A stretch of 62,752 nucleotides of DNA, filler included. It is 5 parts of 5 records of this genome, joined end to end, with 100 filler letters (N's around TTAATTAATTAA, not from the genome) between each part and the next. Parts side by side here need not be neighbours in the genome. Positions count along the whole stretch, not along the records: positions 9,964 to 22,607 come from SRR22947727_1638; positions 22,708 to 43,670 come from SRR22947727_1648; 3 more parts are not named here. One strand, given 5' to 3'. The translations under genes were made by a program, and so were the position numbers. Shown here in pieces: positions 19,327 through 29,319 of the stretch. How positions within the stretch are numbered: position 1 is the first letter of the stretch; each line of letters opens with the position of its first letter. The notes under the pieces were generated by a model that was given only the letters and a program-made list of their open reading frames with translations, ran no database searches and had not been told where the DNA came from.

Positions 19327-21114
19327 TTATTCTCCAGATTTAAAATAGTTCAAAAATGCATCTTGAGGTATAGACACTTTACCAAATTGTTTCATTTTCT
19401 TTTTGCCATCTTTTTGTTTTTCAAGCAACTTCTTCTTCCTTGATATATCTCCGCCATAGCATTTAGCTGTAACGTTCTTTCTTAATGCTTTTACAGTTTC
19501 TCTTGAGATTATTTTTGAGCCAAGTGCTACTTGTATTGGAACATCAAACATCTGTCGAGGTATTAGTTTTTGAAGATTGGCGGCAATTTCTCTAGCTTTC
19601 TGTGTTGAAAAGGATTTGTGGACAATCATTGATAAAGCATCAATTTTTTGATTATTTATAAGGATATCTATTTTAGTGAGGTCTGATTTAAAAAAGCCAA
19701 TTAAAGAATATTCGATTGATGCAAATCCTTTTGTTGATGATTTTATTTGATCAAAAAAATCTACTATGACAGAAGATAAGGGCATCTCAAACACTATTGA
19801 TACCTGATTTCCAAAATAAGTCATATCTTTTTGAGTTCCCCTTTTACCAGTGCAAAGGGTGATCACATTACCAACATAATCATTAGGAGTGAGAATCGTA
19901 GTATTAACAACCGGTTCTCTTATTTCTTCAATATCATTTGGAGCTGGTAATTGTGAGGGGTTATCAATTCTAATAATTTCTCCGTCAGTTTTAAGAACTT
20001 CATATTCAACTGATGGTGCTGTGGAAATGAGGTCTAAATCATACTCTCTCTCTAACCTTTCTCTAATAACTTCCATATGAAGAGTTCCCAGGAACCCACA
20101 CCTAAAACCAAACCCAAGAGCATCAGAAACCTCAGGCTCATACACTAAAGATGAGTCATTAAGAATTAATTTTGATAAAGCATCTCTAAACCTCTCATAA
20201 TCATCTGAATTTACTGTAAACATTGAAGCAAAAACTTTTGGGTTTACTTTTTTAAAACCTGGCAATGGTTTTGTAGATTCATCGTTGGCCTCTAAAATAG
20301 TATCTCCAACTGGGGCTCCTTTGATATTTTTGATGCCTGCTACTAGATAACCAACCTCTCCAGCGGATAATAAATCTTTTTTTATTTTTTTTGGTGAAAA
20401 AATACCTATTTCATCTACATTATGAGCTTGGCCTGTTGAGTGTATCTTAAATTTTTGGCCTGATTTGATAGTTCCATTTTTAATTCTAATAAGTGAAACA
20501 ACACCTAGATATGAATCAAACCATGAATCAATAATCAATGCTTGTAATGGCTCTGCTGGACTTCCGATTGGTGATGGGATACCCATTACAAGACTGTCAA
20601 GCAGCTCTTCAATACCTTCTCCAGTTTTAGCGCTTACCAAAGGCGCAGAAGAAGCATTTATACCAATCATTTCTTCAATTTCTTTTTTTACTCTCTCAGG
20701 CTCAGCTTGTGGTAAATCAATTTTATTTATTACAGGAACAACTTCCAAATCTTGATCGACCGCTGTGTAACAATTTGCTAATGTCTGTGCCTCAACACCT
20801 TGAGAACCATCAACAACTAGCAATGCACCTTCGCAAGCTGATAATGATCTAGAAACTTCATAAGAAAAATCTACATGACCCGGCGTATCAATAAAATTTA
20901 ATTGATAAGTGGTATTGTCTTTCGTATATTCCAAGGTTACAGCTTGAGCTTTGATAGTTATGCCTCTCTCTCGTTCAATGTCCATGGAGTCAAGAATTTG
21001 CTCTGACATCTCTCTAGCAGAAAGACCTCCACAGTATTCTATTAATCTGTCAGACAAGGTTGATTTTCCATGATCAATATGGGCTATAACAGAAAAGTTT
21101 CTAATGTTTTTCAT
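19327..21114 (-). CDS. lepA: Elongation factor 4
   Basis: [39 protein letters not shown]. Confidence 0.99.
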   Translation of the reverse strand: MKNIRNFSVIAHIDHGKSTLSDRLIEYCGGLSAREMSEQILDSMDIERERGITIKAQAVTLEYTKDNTTYQLNFIDTPGHVDFSYEVSRSLSACEGALLVVDGSQGVEAQTLANCYTAVDQDLEVVPVINKIDLPQAEPERVKKEIEEMIGINASSAPLVSAKTGEGIEELLDSLVMGIPSPIGSPAEPLQALIIDSWFDSYLGVVSLIRIKNGTIKSGQKFKIHSTGQAHNVDEIGIFSPKKIKKDLLSAGEVGYLVAGIKNIKGAPVGDTILEANDESTKPLPGFKKVNPKVFASMFTVNSDDYERFRDALSKLILNDSSLVYEPEVSDALGFGFRCGFLGTLHMEVIRERLEREYDLDLISTAPSVEYEVLKTDGEIIRIDNPSQLPAPNDIEEIREPVVNTTILTPNDYVGNVITLCTGKRGTQKDMTYFGNQVSIVFEMPLSSVIVDFFDQIKSSTKGFASIEYSLIGFFKSDLTKIDILINNQKIDALSMIVHKSFSTQKAREIAANLQKLIPRQMFDVPIQVALGSKIISRETVKALRKNVTAKCYGGDISRKKKLLEKQKDGKKKMKQFGKVSIPQDAFLNYFKSGE

Positions 21115-21175
21115 AAGATGCTGCTATTTTACAGCCAATACTATAAATATAGGAGTAAATAGGACTTTTTATCTT

Positions 21176-22579
21176 TTAATTAATCGTGATAGATCTAATT
21201 ATTCGACTTCCATTTCTATTAAGATGAAGTGCTATTTTATTGCCTGAAGTAAAATTATTTATAGCTTCTTCATAAGAATCTGTGTCAAAAATATCATACT
21301 TCTTACCTTTATATTGAATCATGGTAATAACATCGCCTCTGTTCACTTTTCCTGAAGCTGGTGAACCAGGATCTACTCTCGAGACTATAACCCCATCTGG
21401 AAGATTGGACATGGATGGATTATCTCGATCTATTTCGGCAACTTTAATACCGATAGGATCTGCAGAGTTTTGAGACTTTGCGGGTACAAAAGATTCACTA
21501 TTAACAGGTAACTCGCCAAGTGTAAATTTAAGTTTAATTTCTTCGCCATTTCGAATAACTCTAGCTATTGCCTTTGTCTTTGGTTGGATTTGCCCAACAA
21601 CATGAGGTAAATCAGAACTAAACTTTATCTCTTTGTTATTAAATTCAATAATAACATCACCGGGTAAAAGTCCAGCATTATCAGCTGACTCGCCCTCCTC
21701 AACATCATTGATTAAAGCTCCATAAGGCTTGTTCATACCTAAAGCATCAGCAAGATCACTATCAACCTCACTCATTCTTACTCCAAGATACCCTCTTGAA
21801 ACTTCGCCTTTATCAATAATTTGATTTGCAACATCAACAGCAACATTGATTGGAATTGCAAAAGCCAGGCCTTGATAGCCACCACTTCTAGAGTAGATTT
21901 GAGAATTAATCCCAACAACTTTTCCATCTAAATCAAAAAGTGGTCCTCCAGAATTTCCTGGATTTATTGCAACATCTGTTTGTAAAAATGGAACATAATT
22001 ACCAATATTGTTGTTCTGTATGCTTCTTCCTTTGGCGCTGACAATACCGGCTGTAACTGAAAAATCAAAACTAAAAGGTGAACCAATTGCAACAACCCAA
22101 TCTCCAACCTTTAAATCATCGCTATTACCTGTAATGACTTGAGGAAGATTTTTGCCTTCAACTTTTAATAAAGCTAAATCTGATAAAGGGTCTACACCAA
22201 CAATTTCAGCAATAAATTCTCTTCTGTCTGAAAGAGAAACAATAACTTCTGTTGCATCTTCTACTACATGAAAGTTAGTTAAAATATAATTATCTTTTAA
22301 GATAAAGCCAGATCCATACGAAAGTGCTTCTCTTTTTTGCTGCGGCATTTCCCTAAATTGTCTTGGTATACCAAATCTTTCAAGCATCTCATCTGGTATT
22401 CCTCCATATCCGTAAGACTGTCTTTGGCTTATTTCTTTTTTCGACGTGATATTAACAACTGCTGAGGCTGTATTTTCAACTAATTCTGAAATATTTTCTG
22501 GTAAGGATGAGCCAGAGATATTTGGCACAATAAATATACTCAAGAAAAATATTGTTAATGTATTTTTTATTATTTTCAT
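21176..22579 (-). CDS. DegP/MucD-family periplasmic serine protease with two PDZ domains
   Basis: Signal peptide, GSGF, TNFHV, DLALLK, QTDVAINPGNSGGPL; mucD-lepA-lepB order as in pseudomonads. Confidence 0.95.
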   Translation of the reverse strand: MKIIKNTLTIFFLSIFIVPNISGSSLPENISELVENTASAVVNITSKKEISQRQSYGYGGIPDEMLERFGIPRQFREMPQQKREALSYGSGFILKDNYILTNFHVVEDATEVIVSLSDRREFIAEIVGVDPLSDLALLKVEGKNLPQVITGNSDDLKVGDWVVAIGSPFSFDFSVTAGIVSAKGRSIQNNNIGNYVPFLQTDVAINPGNSGGPLFDLDGKVVGINSQIYSRSGGYQGLAFAIPINVAVDVANQIIDKGEVSRGYLGVRMSEVDSDLADALGMNKPYGALINDVEEGESADNAGLLPGDVIIEFNNKEIKFSSDLPHVVGQIQPKTKAIARVIRNGEEIKLKFTLGELPVNSESFVPAKSQNSADPIGIKVAEIDRDNPSMSNLPDGVIVSRVDPGSPASGKVNRGDVITMIQYKGKKYDIFDTDSYEEAINNFTSGNKIALHLNRNGSRIIRSITIN

Positions 22580-22607
22580 TTTTATTTTATTTTATTTTAT
22601 TTTATTT
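22578..22607. repeat. (ATTTT)n simple sequence repeat at contig end
   Basis: About five tandem pentamer units running from the protease start codon to the linker. Confidence 0.8.
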
Positions 22608-22707
22608 NNNNNNNNNNNNNNNNNNNNNNNNNNNNNNNNNNNNNNNNNNNNTTAATTAATTAANNNNNNNNNNNNNNNNNNNNNNNNNNNNNNNNNNNNN
22701 NNNNNNN
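22608..22707. other. Artificial contig linker
   Basis: N-run, TTAATTAATTAA, N-run. Confidence 0.97.
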
Positions 22708-24082
22708 CATTAACATGAAGTATCGGTGCATTTATAAATTTAGCTACATCAGATGGATACGGTGATGATCTTGCAAAACTAGGACTTGTAGTAAATCCAA
22801 TTTGATTGTTCACTATTATATGTATAGTACCACCCGTTTTATGTCCTCTTAAACCAGACAAAGCAAAACATTCAGCTACAATTCCCTGACCAGCAAAAGC
22901 CGCATCACCATGTAACAGTATTGGCATAACAGCATCGAATGATTCTTGTCTAGTTTTGCCTTCATCAGTCCGTAAATGAGCTTGCTTTGCTCTTGTTCTT
23001 CCTAAAACTACTGGATCTACAGCTTCTAAGTGAGATGGGTTTGCCGTTAATGAAATATGAACTTTATTATCATCAAACACACGATCAGAAGAGGTTCCTA
23101 AATGGTATTTTACATCACCTGATCCTGCAACATCCTCTGGCATGACCGAACCACCAGCAAATTCATGAAAAATTTCACGATAAGCTTTTCCCATAACTGT
23201 TGCTAATACACCTAGTCGCCCCCTATGAGGCATACCGATAACTATTTCTGTAACACCAAGTTGTCCACCTTTTTTAATGATTTGCTCCATTGCAGGAATG
23301 ACTGTTTCAGCTCCATCTAGTCCAAATCTTTTAGTACCAACAAATTTTTTATGTAAATACTTCTCAAAACCTTCTGCTTCAATTAGCTTTTTTAAAATAA
23401 ATTCTTTACCTAAATCGGTGAAAGTAATCTCTTTATCTTTTCCCTCAATTCTTTGTTGTAGCCAACTTTTTTCTTCAGGGTCACTAATGTGCATAAACTC
23501 AATACCAACCGTTGAGCAGTAAGTACGATTTAGTATTTCTAAAATTTCTTTTAGAGTTGCAAACTCTAAACCTAAAACATTATCTAAAAATATTTGGCGT
23601 TCCATATCTTCAGCTTTAAAGCCATATGTTTCTGGCTGAAGTTCTGCATGTTCGATTTTTTCTATAAGTCCCAAGGGATCTAGATTGGCTTTTAAATGAC
23701 CTCTTATTCTATAAGCACGTATCATCATAATTGCCCGTATAGAATCTAAAGTTGCATTTTTAGATGTACCTTCATGAGTATTAATAGCATTAGAAGATTT
23801 TAATTCATTTTCAAACGATATTACTTCATCAGGCCAGTTTCCATCTATTGCTGAAACTAAATCACCATTATTAGATTTTATATCTCTATATTCAGACCAG
23901 CTGGCATCTTTCATTTCATTTGTAGACTGATCACTTATTCCAGAAAAAAAAGTTTGCCAATCTGTTGGTACGCTTAATGGATTATGAAGATATTTTTCAT
24001 ACATTTGCTCAATAAAAGCACTATTTGTCCCGTGTAAAAATGATGTTTTTTCAAAAATTTCGTTATCAGATAACTTGGACAT
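22708..24082 (-). CDS. sucA: 2-oxoglutarate dehydrogenase E1, N-terminal part (cut by contig end)
   Basis: AYRIRGH, GTKRFGLDG, GMPHRGRL, GDVKYHLG, HGDAAFAGQG. Confidence 0.98.
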
Positions 24083-24134
24083 TTATGTATGTAATATATT
24101 TCATTTTAAGCTGAATGAAACCTATAGTAATTAA

Positions 24135-25010
24135 TTAATTTTTAAGTACTTCTACCAATGTTGAGCCTAGTCCTGCAGGTGAGTTTGAGATATGAACACC
24201 TGCACTGCGCATAGCTTCAATTTTATCCTCCGCACCACCTTTACCACCAGCTACAATAGCGCCTGCATGGCCCATTCGACGTCCTGGAGGAGCAGATGTA
24301 CCGGCTATAAAACCAACAGTAGGTTTTTTAATTTTTTCATTTTTTAAGAATTCGGCAGCTTCTTCTTCAGCTGAACCACCTATCTCACCAATCATGATAA
24401 TTGACTCAGTCTCATCATCTTTAAGAAACAATTCAAGGCAATCAATGAAGTTTGTACCATTTATTGGATCCCCTCCAATACCAACACAAGTCGATTGGCC
24501 CATTCCAGCCATAGTTGTTTGAAAGACAGCTTCATAAGTTAATGTTCCAGATCTAGAGACAATACCAACATTTCCTTTTTTATGAATGTGAGCAGGCATA
24601 ATTCCTATTTTGCACTCATCTGGCGTGATAATTCCCGGACAATTTGGACCTAATAATCTAGATTTTGAATTTTTAAGTTTGTCTTTAACATTCATCATAT
24701 CCATTACTGGAATTCCTTCAGTTATGCATACAATTAATTCTATTTCACTGTCTATTGCCTCCAGTATTGCATTTGCTGCATAAGGAGGTGGAACATAAAT
24801 TACAGAAGCATTAGCTTGTGTTGTATCTTTAGCTTCTTGAACAGAGTCAAATACAGGTAAATCTAAATGTGTAGTACCACCTTTTTTAGGAGTAACACCT
24901 CCAACAAGTTTAGTTCCATATTTTAATGCTTGCTCGGAATGAAAAGTACCTTGTGAACCCGTAAAGCCCTGACAAATTACTTTAGTATCTTTATTGACAA
25001 TTATTGACAT
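24135..25010 (-). CDS. sucD: Succinyl-CoA ligase alpha subunit
   Basis: [27 protein letters not shown]. Confidence 0.99.
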   Translation of the reverse strand: MSIIVNKDTKVICQGFTGSQGTFHSEQALKYGTKLVGGVTPKKGGTTHLDLPVFDSVQEAKDTTQANASVIYVPPPYAANAILEAIDSEIELIVCITEGIPVMDMMNVKDKLKNSKSRLLGPNCPGIITPDECKIGIMPAHIHKKGNVGIVSRSGTLTYEAVFQTTMAGMGQSTCVGIGGDPINGTNFIDCLELFLKDDETESIIMIGEIGGSAEEEAAEFLKNEKIKKPTVGFIAGTSAPPGRRMGHAGAIVAGGKGGAEDKIEAMRSAGVHISNSPAGLGSTLVEVLKN

Positions 25011-26167
25011 TATACCAGCTCCACAATTTTTTTTGCAGCATCATCTAAGTCAGTTGCTGAGACAATATCTATCCCAGAATTATTTAAAATATTTTTTCCC
25101 TCATCAACATTAGTTCCTTCAAGCCTTACTACTAATGGGACATTAATCTGAAGCTCTTTAGCGGCTGCTACTATGCCATCGGCAATGATATCACATCGCA
25201 TAATACCCCCAAATATATTAACTAAAATACCTTTCACACCAGGGTCAGATAAAATAATCTTGAAAGCACTTGTAACTTTTTCTTTACTAGCGCCACCACC
25301 AACATCAAGAAAATTAGCAGGTTCACCGCCGTACAGCTTAATTATATCCAAGCTTGCCATTGCTAAACCAGCACCATTAACCATACAACCAATACTACCG
25401 TCCAACTTAATGTAAGCTAGATCATATTTTGCTGCTTCTAATTCGTATTTATCTTCTTCGTTTGGATCTCTTAATTCTTCGATTTCTGGATGGCGATATA
25501 AAGCATTATCGTCAAAGTTAACTTTAGCGTCTAAGCAGATTAACTTGTCATTATCAGTAATTATTAAGGGATTAATCTCTAATAAACTTGCATCTTTTTC
25601 GGTAAAGAATTTGTATAAATTTTTAACTAGACCATCAAGCTGATCTACTAATGACCCAGATAACTCTAAACTTGATGCAATTGTTTTAATATCTAAATCT
25701 GTAATTCCAGTGCTTGGTTCTATAAAAACAGTGGTTATTTCATTTGGAGTTTCTTCTGCAACTTTTTCAATATCCATCCCACCCATTTTTGAAACTATAA
25801 ATGCAACTTTACTTGTCGCACGATCAACTAAGCATGATAAATAAAGTTCTTTTTTAATATCAGAGCCATTTTCTATATATAATCTTTGAACTAATTTACC
25901 TTCGGGTCCAGTTTGTGGAGTAATTAAATTCATTCCAAACATTTTTTTTGCTTCCACGATAGCATCTTCAGCAGAACCAACTACTTTTACACCACCACCT
26001 TTACCTCGACCACCAGCATGTATTTGTGCTTTAACAACCCAGGTAGGCCCACTTACATTATTCACAGCAGACTCTATTTCATCAACGGTATAGGCAACTG
26101 ATCCTGTAGATACTGGAATATCGTAAGATTTAAATAGTTCTTTAGCTTGGTATTCGTGAATATTCAT
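25010..26167 (-). CDS. sucC: Succinyl-CoA ligase beta subunit
   Basis: [39 protein letters not shown]. Confidence 0.99.
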   Translation of the reverse strand: MNIHEYQAKELFKSYDIPVSTGSVAYTVDEIESAVNNVSGPTWVVKAQIHAGGRGKGGGVKVVGSAEDAIVEAKKMFGMNLITPQTGPEGKLVQRLYIENGSDIKKELYLSCLVDRATSKVAFIVSKMGGMDIEKVAEETPNEITTVFIEPSTGITDLDIKTIASSLELSGSLVDQLDGLVKNLYKFFTEKDASLLEINPLIITDNDKLICLDAKVNFDDNALYRHPEIEELRDPNEEDKYELEAAKYDLAYIKLDGSIGCMVNGAGLAMASLDIIKLYGGEPANFLDVGGGASKEKVTSAFKIILSDPGVKGILVNIFGGIMRCDIIADGIVAAAKELQINVPLVVRLEGTNVDEGKNILNNSGIDIVSATDLDDAAKKIVELV

Positions 26168-26170
26168 AAA

Positions 26171-27133
26171 TTATTTAAGCGATGGGTCAATTTTTTTAGC
26201 AGCATCAAATAATTCTTTAACTGCCTCTATTGAAATATCAAAATGTTTTTTTTCTTCTTCATCAAGTTCTAATTCTACAACTTCTTTAATACCACTAGCT
26301 CCAATTACAACTGGAACTCCAACATATAGATCTTCAATACCATATTCACCATTTAAATAAGCTGCGCATGGCAGGGTTTTATTCAAGTCTCTTAAGTATG
26401 ATTCAGCCATTTCGACACCTGATGCTGCTGGACCATAAAAAGCTGACCCTGTTTGTAATAATTTGACAACTTCTGCGCCACCTTTTCTAGTGCGATCAAT
26501 AATTTCATCTAATCTATCTACAGAGATCTTACCTTCTTTAACAAAATCCATTAGTGGCTTTTCAGCTATTGTTGTTCTATTTGGAACTGGTACCATGGTG
26601 TCACCATGACCCCCGAGAACGAATGAATTTACATCTTTAATTGGAACACTAAGTTCTTGTGCAATAAAATATTTGAACCTTGAAGTATCTAATATACCCG
26701 CCATCCCAATTACTTTATTTTTAGGCAGCCCTGAATATTTTTGTAACGCCATGACAATTACATCTAATGGATTTGTAATACATATTACAAAAGCATTAGG
26801 TGAAGTATCTTTAATACCATCGGCAACTTGCTTGATTATATTTAAATTTGTACCCAGCAGATCATCGCGGGTCATGCCTGGTTTTCTTGGAACGCCTGCA
26901 GTGATTATAATTACATCAGAATCTTTAGTATCTTCATAATTACTTGTTCCTGTTATCTGCACATCTAGTCCATCAACTGCTGTTGATTGCGATAGATCTA
27001 GAGCTTTCCCTTTTGCCAACCCCTCAGCGACATCAAATAAGACAACATCTCCTAGTTCTTTCATTGCGATCAAGTGAGCTAATGTCCCGCCAATTTGACC
27101 TGAACCAATAAGAGAGATTTTTGATTTTTTCAT
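26171..27133 (-). CDS. mdh: Malate dehydrogenase
   Basis: [31 protein letters not shown]. Confidence 0.98.
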   Translation of the reverse strand: MKKSKISLIGSGQIGGTLAHLIAMKELGDVVLFDVAEGLAKGKALDLSQSTAVDGLDVQITGTSNYEDTKDSDVIIITAGVPRKPGMTRDDLLGTNLNIIKQVADGIKDTSPNAFVICITNPLDVIVMALQKYSGLPKNKVIGMAGILDTSRFKYFIAQELSVPIKDVNSFVLGGHGDTMVPVPNRTTIAEKPLMDFVKEGKISVDRLDEIIDRTRKGGAEVVKLLQTGSAFYGPAASGVEMAESYLRDLNKTLPCAAYLNGEYGIEDLYVGVPVVIGASGIKEVVELELDEEEKKHFDISIEAVKELFDAAKKIDPSLK

Positions 27134-27211
27134 AAGGGTTTATTGTTGTTTATAGCCGTAAACTACCTACAAAAAGACGAAAATCAAGTGAAGAATAAAT
27201 TTTTTATTCTA

Positions 27212-28705
27212 CTATTTCATTGTAGGCATGATGAACTCAGCACCACTTCTAATGCCGTCTGGCCATCTCGATGTGACAGTTTTAAGCTTGGTAAAGAACC
27301 TAATGCCTTCCATTCCATGCATGGCATGATCGCCAAATAATGATCGTTTCCATCCACCAAAGCTATGAAAAGCCATGGGTACTGGTATTGGTACATTAAT
27401 CCCTACCATACCAATTTGACATTGATTACTAAATGCACGTGCGGTATCACCATCTCGGGTATAAATTGTTACACCATTTCCAAATTCATGATCATTTACT
27501 AATTTTAAAGCTGAATCAAAATTATCTGATCTAACCACTGATAATACAGGTCCAAAAATTTCCTCTTTGTAAATTTGCATATCACTGGTCACATTATCAA
27601 ATAAACATCCCCCTAAAAAATATCCATTTTCATAGCCTTGTAGAGAAATATCACGTCCATCTACAAGCAAAGAAGCACCATCTTTTACACCTGACTCAAC
27701 ATAACCTTTTACTTTGGCCAAATGCGCTTCACTAATTAATGGTCCCATTTCAACTTCTGGATCATTACCTGGACCTACTTTTAAAGCCTGCACTCTAGGT
27801 TGAAGTTTTTCAATTAATGCATCACCAATTCCACCAACAGCAACAGCAACGGATAAAGCCATACATCTTTCGCCAGCAGAACCGTAACCCGCTCCCATTA
27901 AACCATCTGCTACTTGGTCTAAATCAGCATCAGGCATAATAATCATATGATTTTTAGCACCACCTAACGCTTGAACTCGTTTGTTGTGCTTAGATGACGT
28001 GTGATAAATATATTCAGCAATTGGCGTTGAGCCAACAAAACTTATCGCTGAAACATCAGGATGTGTAATTAAATTGTCGACTGCCTCTTTATCACCATTG
28101 ACTACATTAAAAACACCATCTGGTAAGCCTGCTTCTTTTAATAGATTACCAAGTATAATTAATAAAGAAGGGTCTTTTTCAGACGGCTTTAATATAAAGC
28201 AATTGCCACAAGCAATGGCAACAACAAACATCCACATTGGGACCATAGCTGGGAAATTAAATGGGGTTATACCAACACAAATTCCTAACGGCTGACGCAT
28301 GCTCCAACTGTCAATATTACTCCCAACATTTTCAGAAAACTCACCCTTGATTAAATGTGGTACACCACACATAAACTCAACCACTTCCATACCTCTTGTG
28401 ACTGAACCCACAGCATCACTAAGTACTTTGCCGTGCTCTTCGGTCACTTGCGCAGCAAGCATGTCCATATCTCGAATTAATAGTTCTTTAAATTTGAACA
28501 TAATTCTTGATCTAGTCAGTGGCGGTGTTTTGGACCAAGTATTAAAAGCAGCTTTAGCTGATGTAATGGCTATGCCTACATCTTGATCGTTGGCAAAACT
28601 GACTTCTGCTATTTTTTCACCTAAAGCAGGGTTAAACACATCTCCAAACCTATTGGATTTACTGATATACTCTGCACCGTTAATAAAGTGGTTAATTTTT
28701 TTCAT
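27212..28705 (-). CDS. mmsA: CoA-acylating (methyl)malonate-semialdehyde dehydrogenase
   Basis: PFNFPAMVP, LKPSEKDP, FVGST, GGAKNH, GSAGERCMA, GINVPIPVP. Confidence 0.95.
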   Translation of the reverse strand: MKKINHFINGAEYISKSNRFGDVFNPALGEKIAEVSFANDQDVGIAITSAKAAFNTWSKTPPLTRSRIMFKFKELLIRDMDMLAAQVTEEHGKVLSDAVGSVTRGMEVVEFMCGVPHLIKGEFSENVGSNIDSWSMRQPLGICVGITPFNFPAMVPMWMFVVAIACGNCFILKPSEKDPSLLIILGNLLKEAGLPDGVFNVVNGDKEAVDNLITHPDVSAISFVGSTPIAEYIYHTSSKHNKRVQALGGAKNHMIIMPDADLDQVADGLMGAGYGSAGERCMALSVAVAVGGIGDALIEKLQPRVQALKVGPGNDPEVEMGPLISEAHLAKVKGYVESGVKDGASLLVDGRDISLQGYENGYFLGGCLFDNVTSDMQIYKEEIFGPVLSVVRSDNFDSALKLVNDHEFGNGVTIYTRDGDTARAFSNQCQIGMVGINVPIPVPMAFHSFGGWKRSLFGDHAMHGMEGIRFFTKLKTVTSRWPDGIRSGAEFIMPTMK

Positions 28706-28772
28706 AGTATCTAAAAATTGATTATAATAATTGTAAATTATATTTGTTATAAAGACAAAGACAGACTTAACA

Positions 28773-29006
28773 ATGCTTAAATTAGACTTACACGATTACT
28801 CCCTTGAAGATGCCTATCAGAAATGCCAAGAGTTTATAGGTGAAGCCTATATGAATCGCATTAAAAAAATTGAAATTATAACTGGTAAAAGTGGTCCTAT
28901 TTGTAAAGAGTTTCCATTTTGGGCTGAAAGCAATCATCAAGTGCAATACATTGAACCCAGCTGGCATGGTGGTAGCTTTATTATAAAGATACAAAAAAAA
29001 TTTTAA
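28773..29006 (+). CDS. Stand-alone Smr/MutS2-C domain protein
   Basis: KLDLH..SLEDA, EIITGKSG, HGGSF in 77 aa. Confidence 0.85.
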   Translation: MLKLDLHDYSLEDAYQKCQEFIGEAYMNRIKKIEIITGKSGPICKEFPFWAESNHQVQYIEPSWHGGSFIIKIQKKF

Positions 29007-29101
29007 TTTTTTAATTTTTTTACCACGGCTGTCAAATTGGCAATAACTTAACATACTAGAGACAAGACAATTACTGTAAAAGTTCCTATATAAATACATA
29101 T

Positions 29102-29152
29102 AAGAGCACTAAATCAAATATTACTTCCCCTGTTTATAAATTTGGTGCTCTT
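29102..29152 (+). ncRNA. Candidate RNA hairpin (leader or sRNA) with CUUCCCC loop
   Basis: 13-bp stem 29102-29114/29140-29152 with one U-G pair (favours + strand); loop TTACTTCCCC; weak promoter-like AAGACA-17-TATATA at 29064-29092. Confidence 0.45.
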
Positions 29153-29172
29153 CAAAATAGGTCAAAAATAAA

Positions 29173-29250
29173 ATGAAAATACTAAAAATATACTCTGCAG
29201 TAATAATGCTGACCTTTATATCAGCTTTTGCTCAAATCTTATTAGCTTAA
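29173..29250 (+). CDS. Putative 25-aa hydrophobic membrane peptide (absent from ORF track)
   Basis: MKILKIYSAVIMLTFISAFAQILLA*: basic N-terminus plus one hydrophobic helix, between a hairpin and a terminator; weak SD (AGGT). Confidence 0.5.
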   Translation: MKILKIYSAVIMLTFISAFAQILLA

Positions 29251-29261
29251 ACTAACTAGGT

Positions 29262-29304
29262 AAAAAAAAGAGTGGTGCTCTATTTGAGCCCACTCTTTTT
29301 TTTT
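29262..29304. terminator. Bidirectional intrinsic terminator
   Basis: A-tract, GAGTGG-t-GCTC, TATTT loop, GAGC-CCACTC, T-tract, between convergent units. Confidence 0.9.
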
Positions 29305-29319
29305 GTTTATTAGGTTAAC

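Noticed and set aside
28788..29099. 103-aa minus-strand ORF over the Smr gene
   Set aside because: Antisense to a recognisable Smr domain, with no motif
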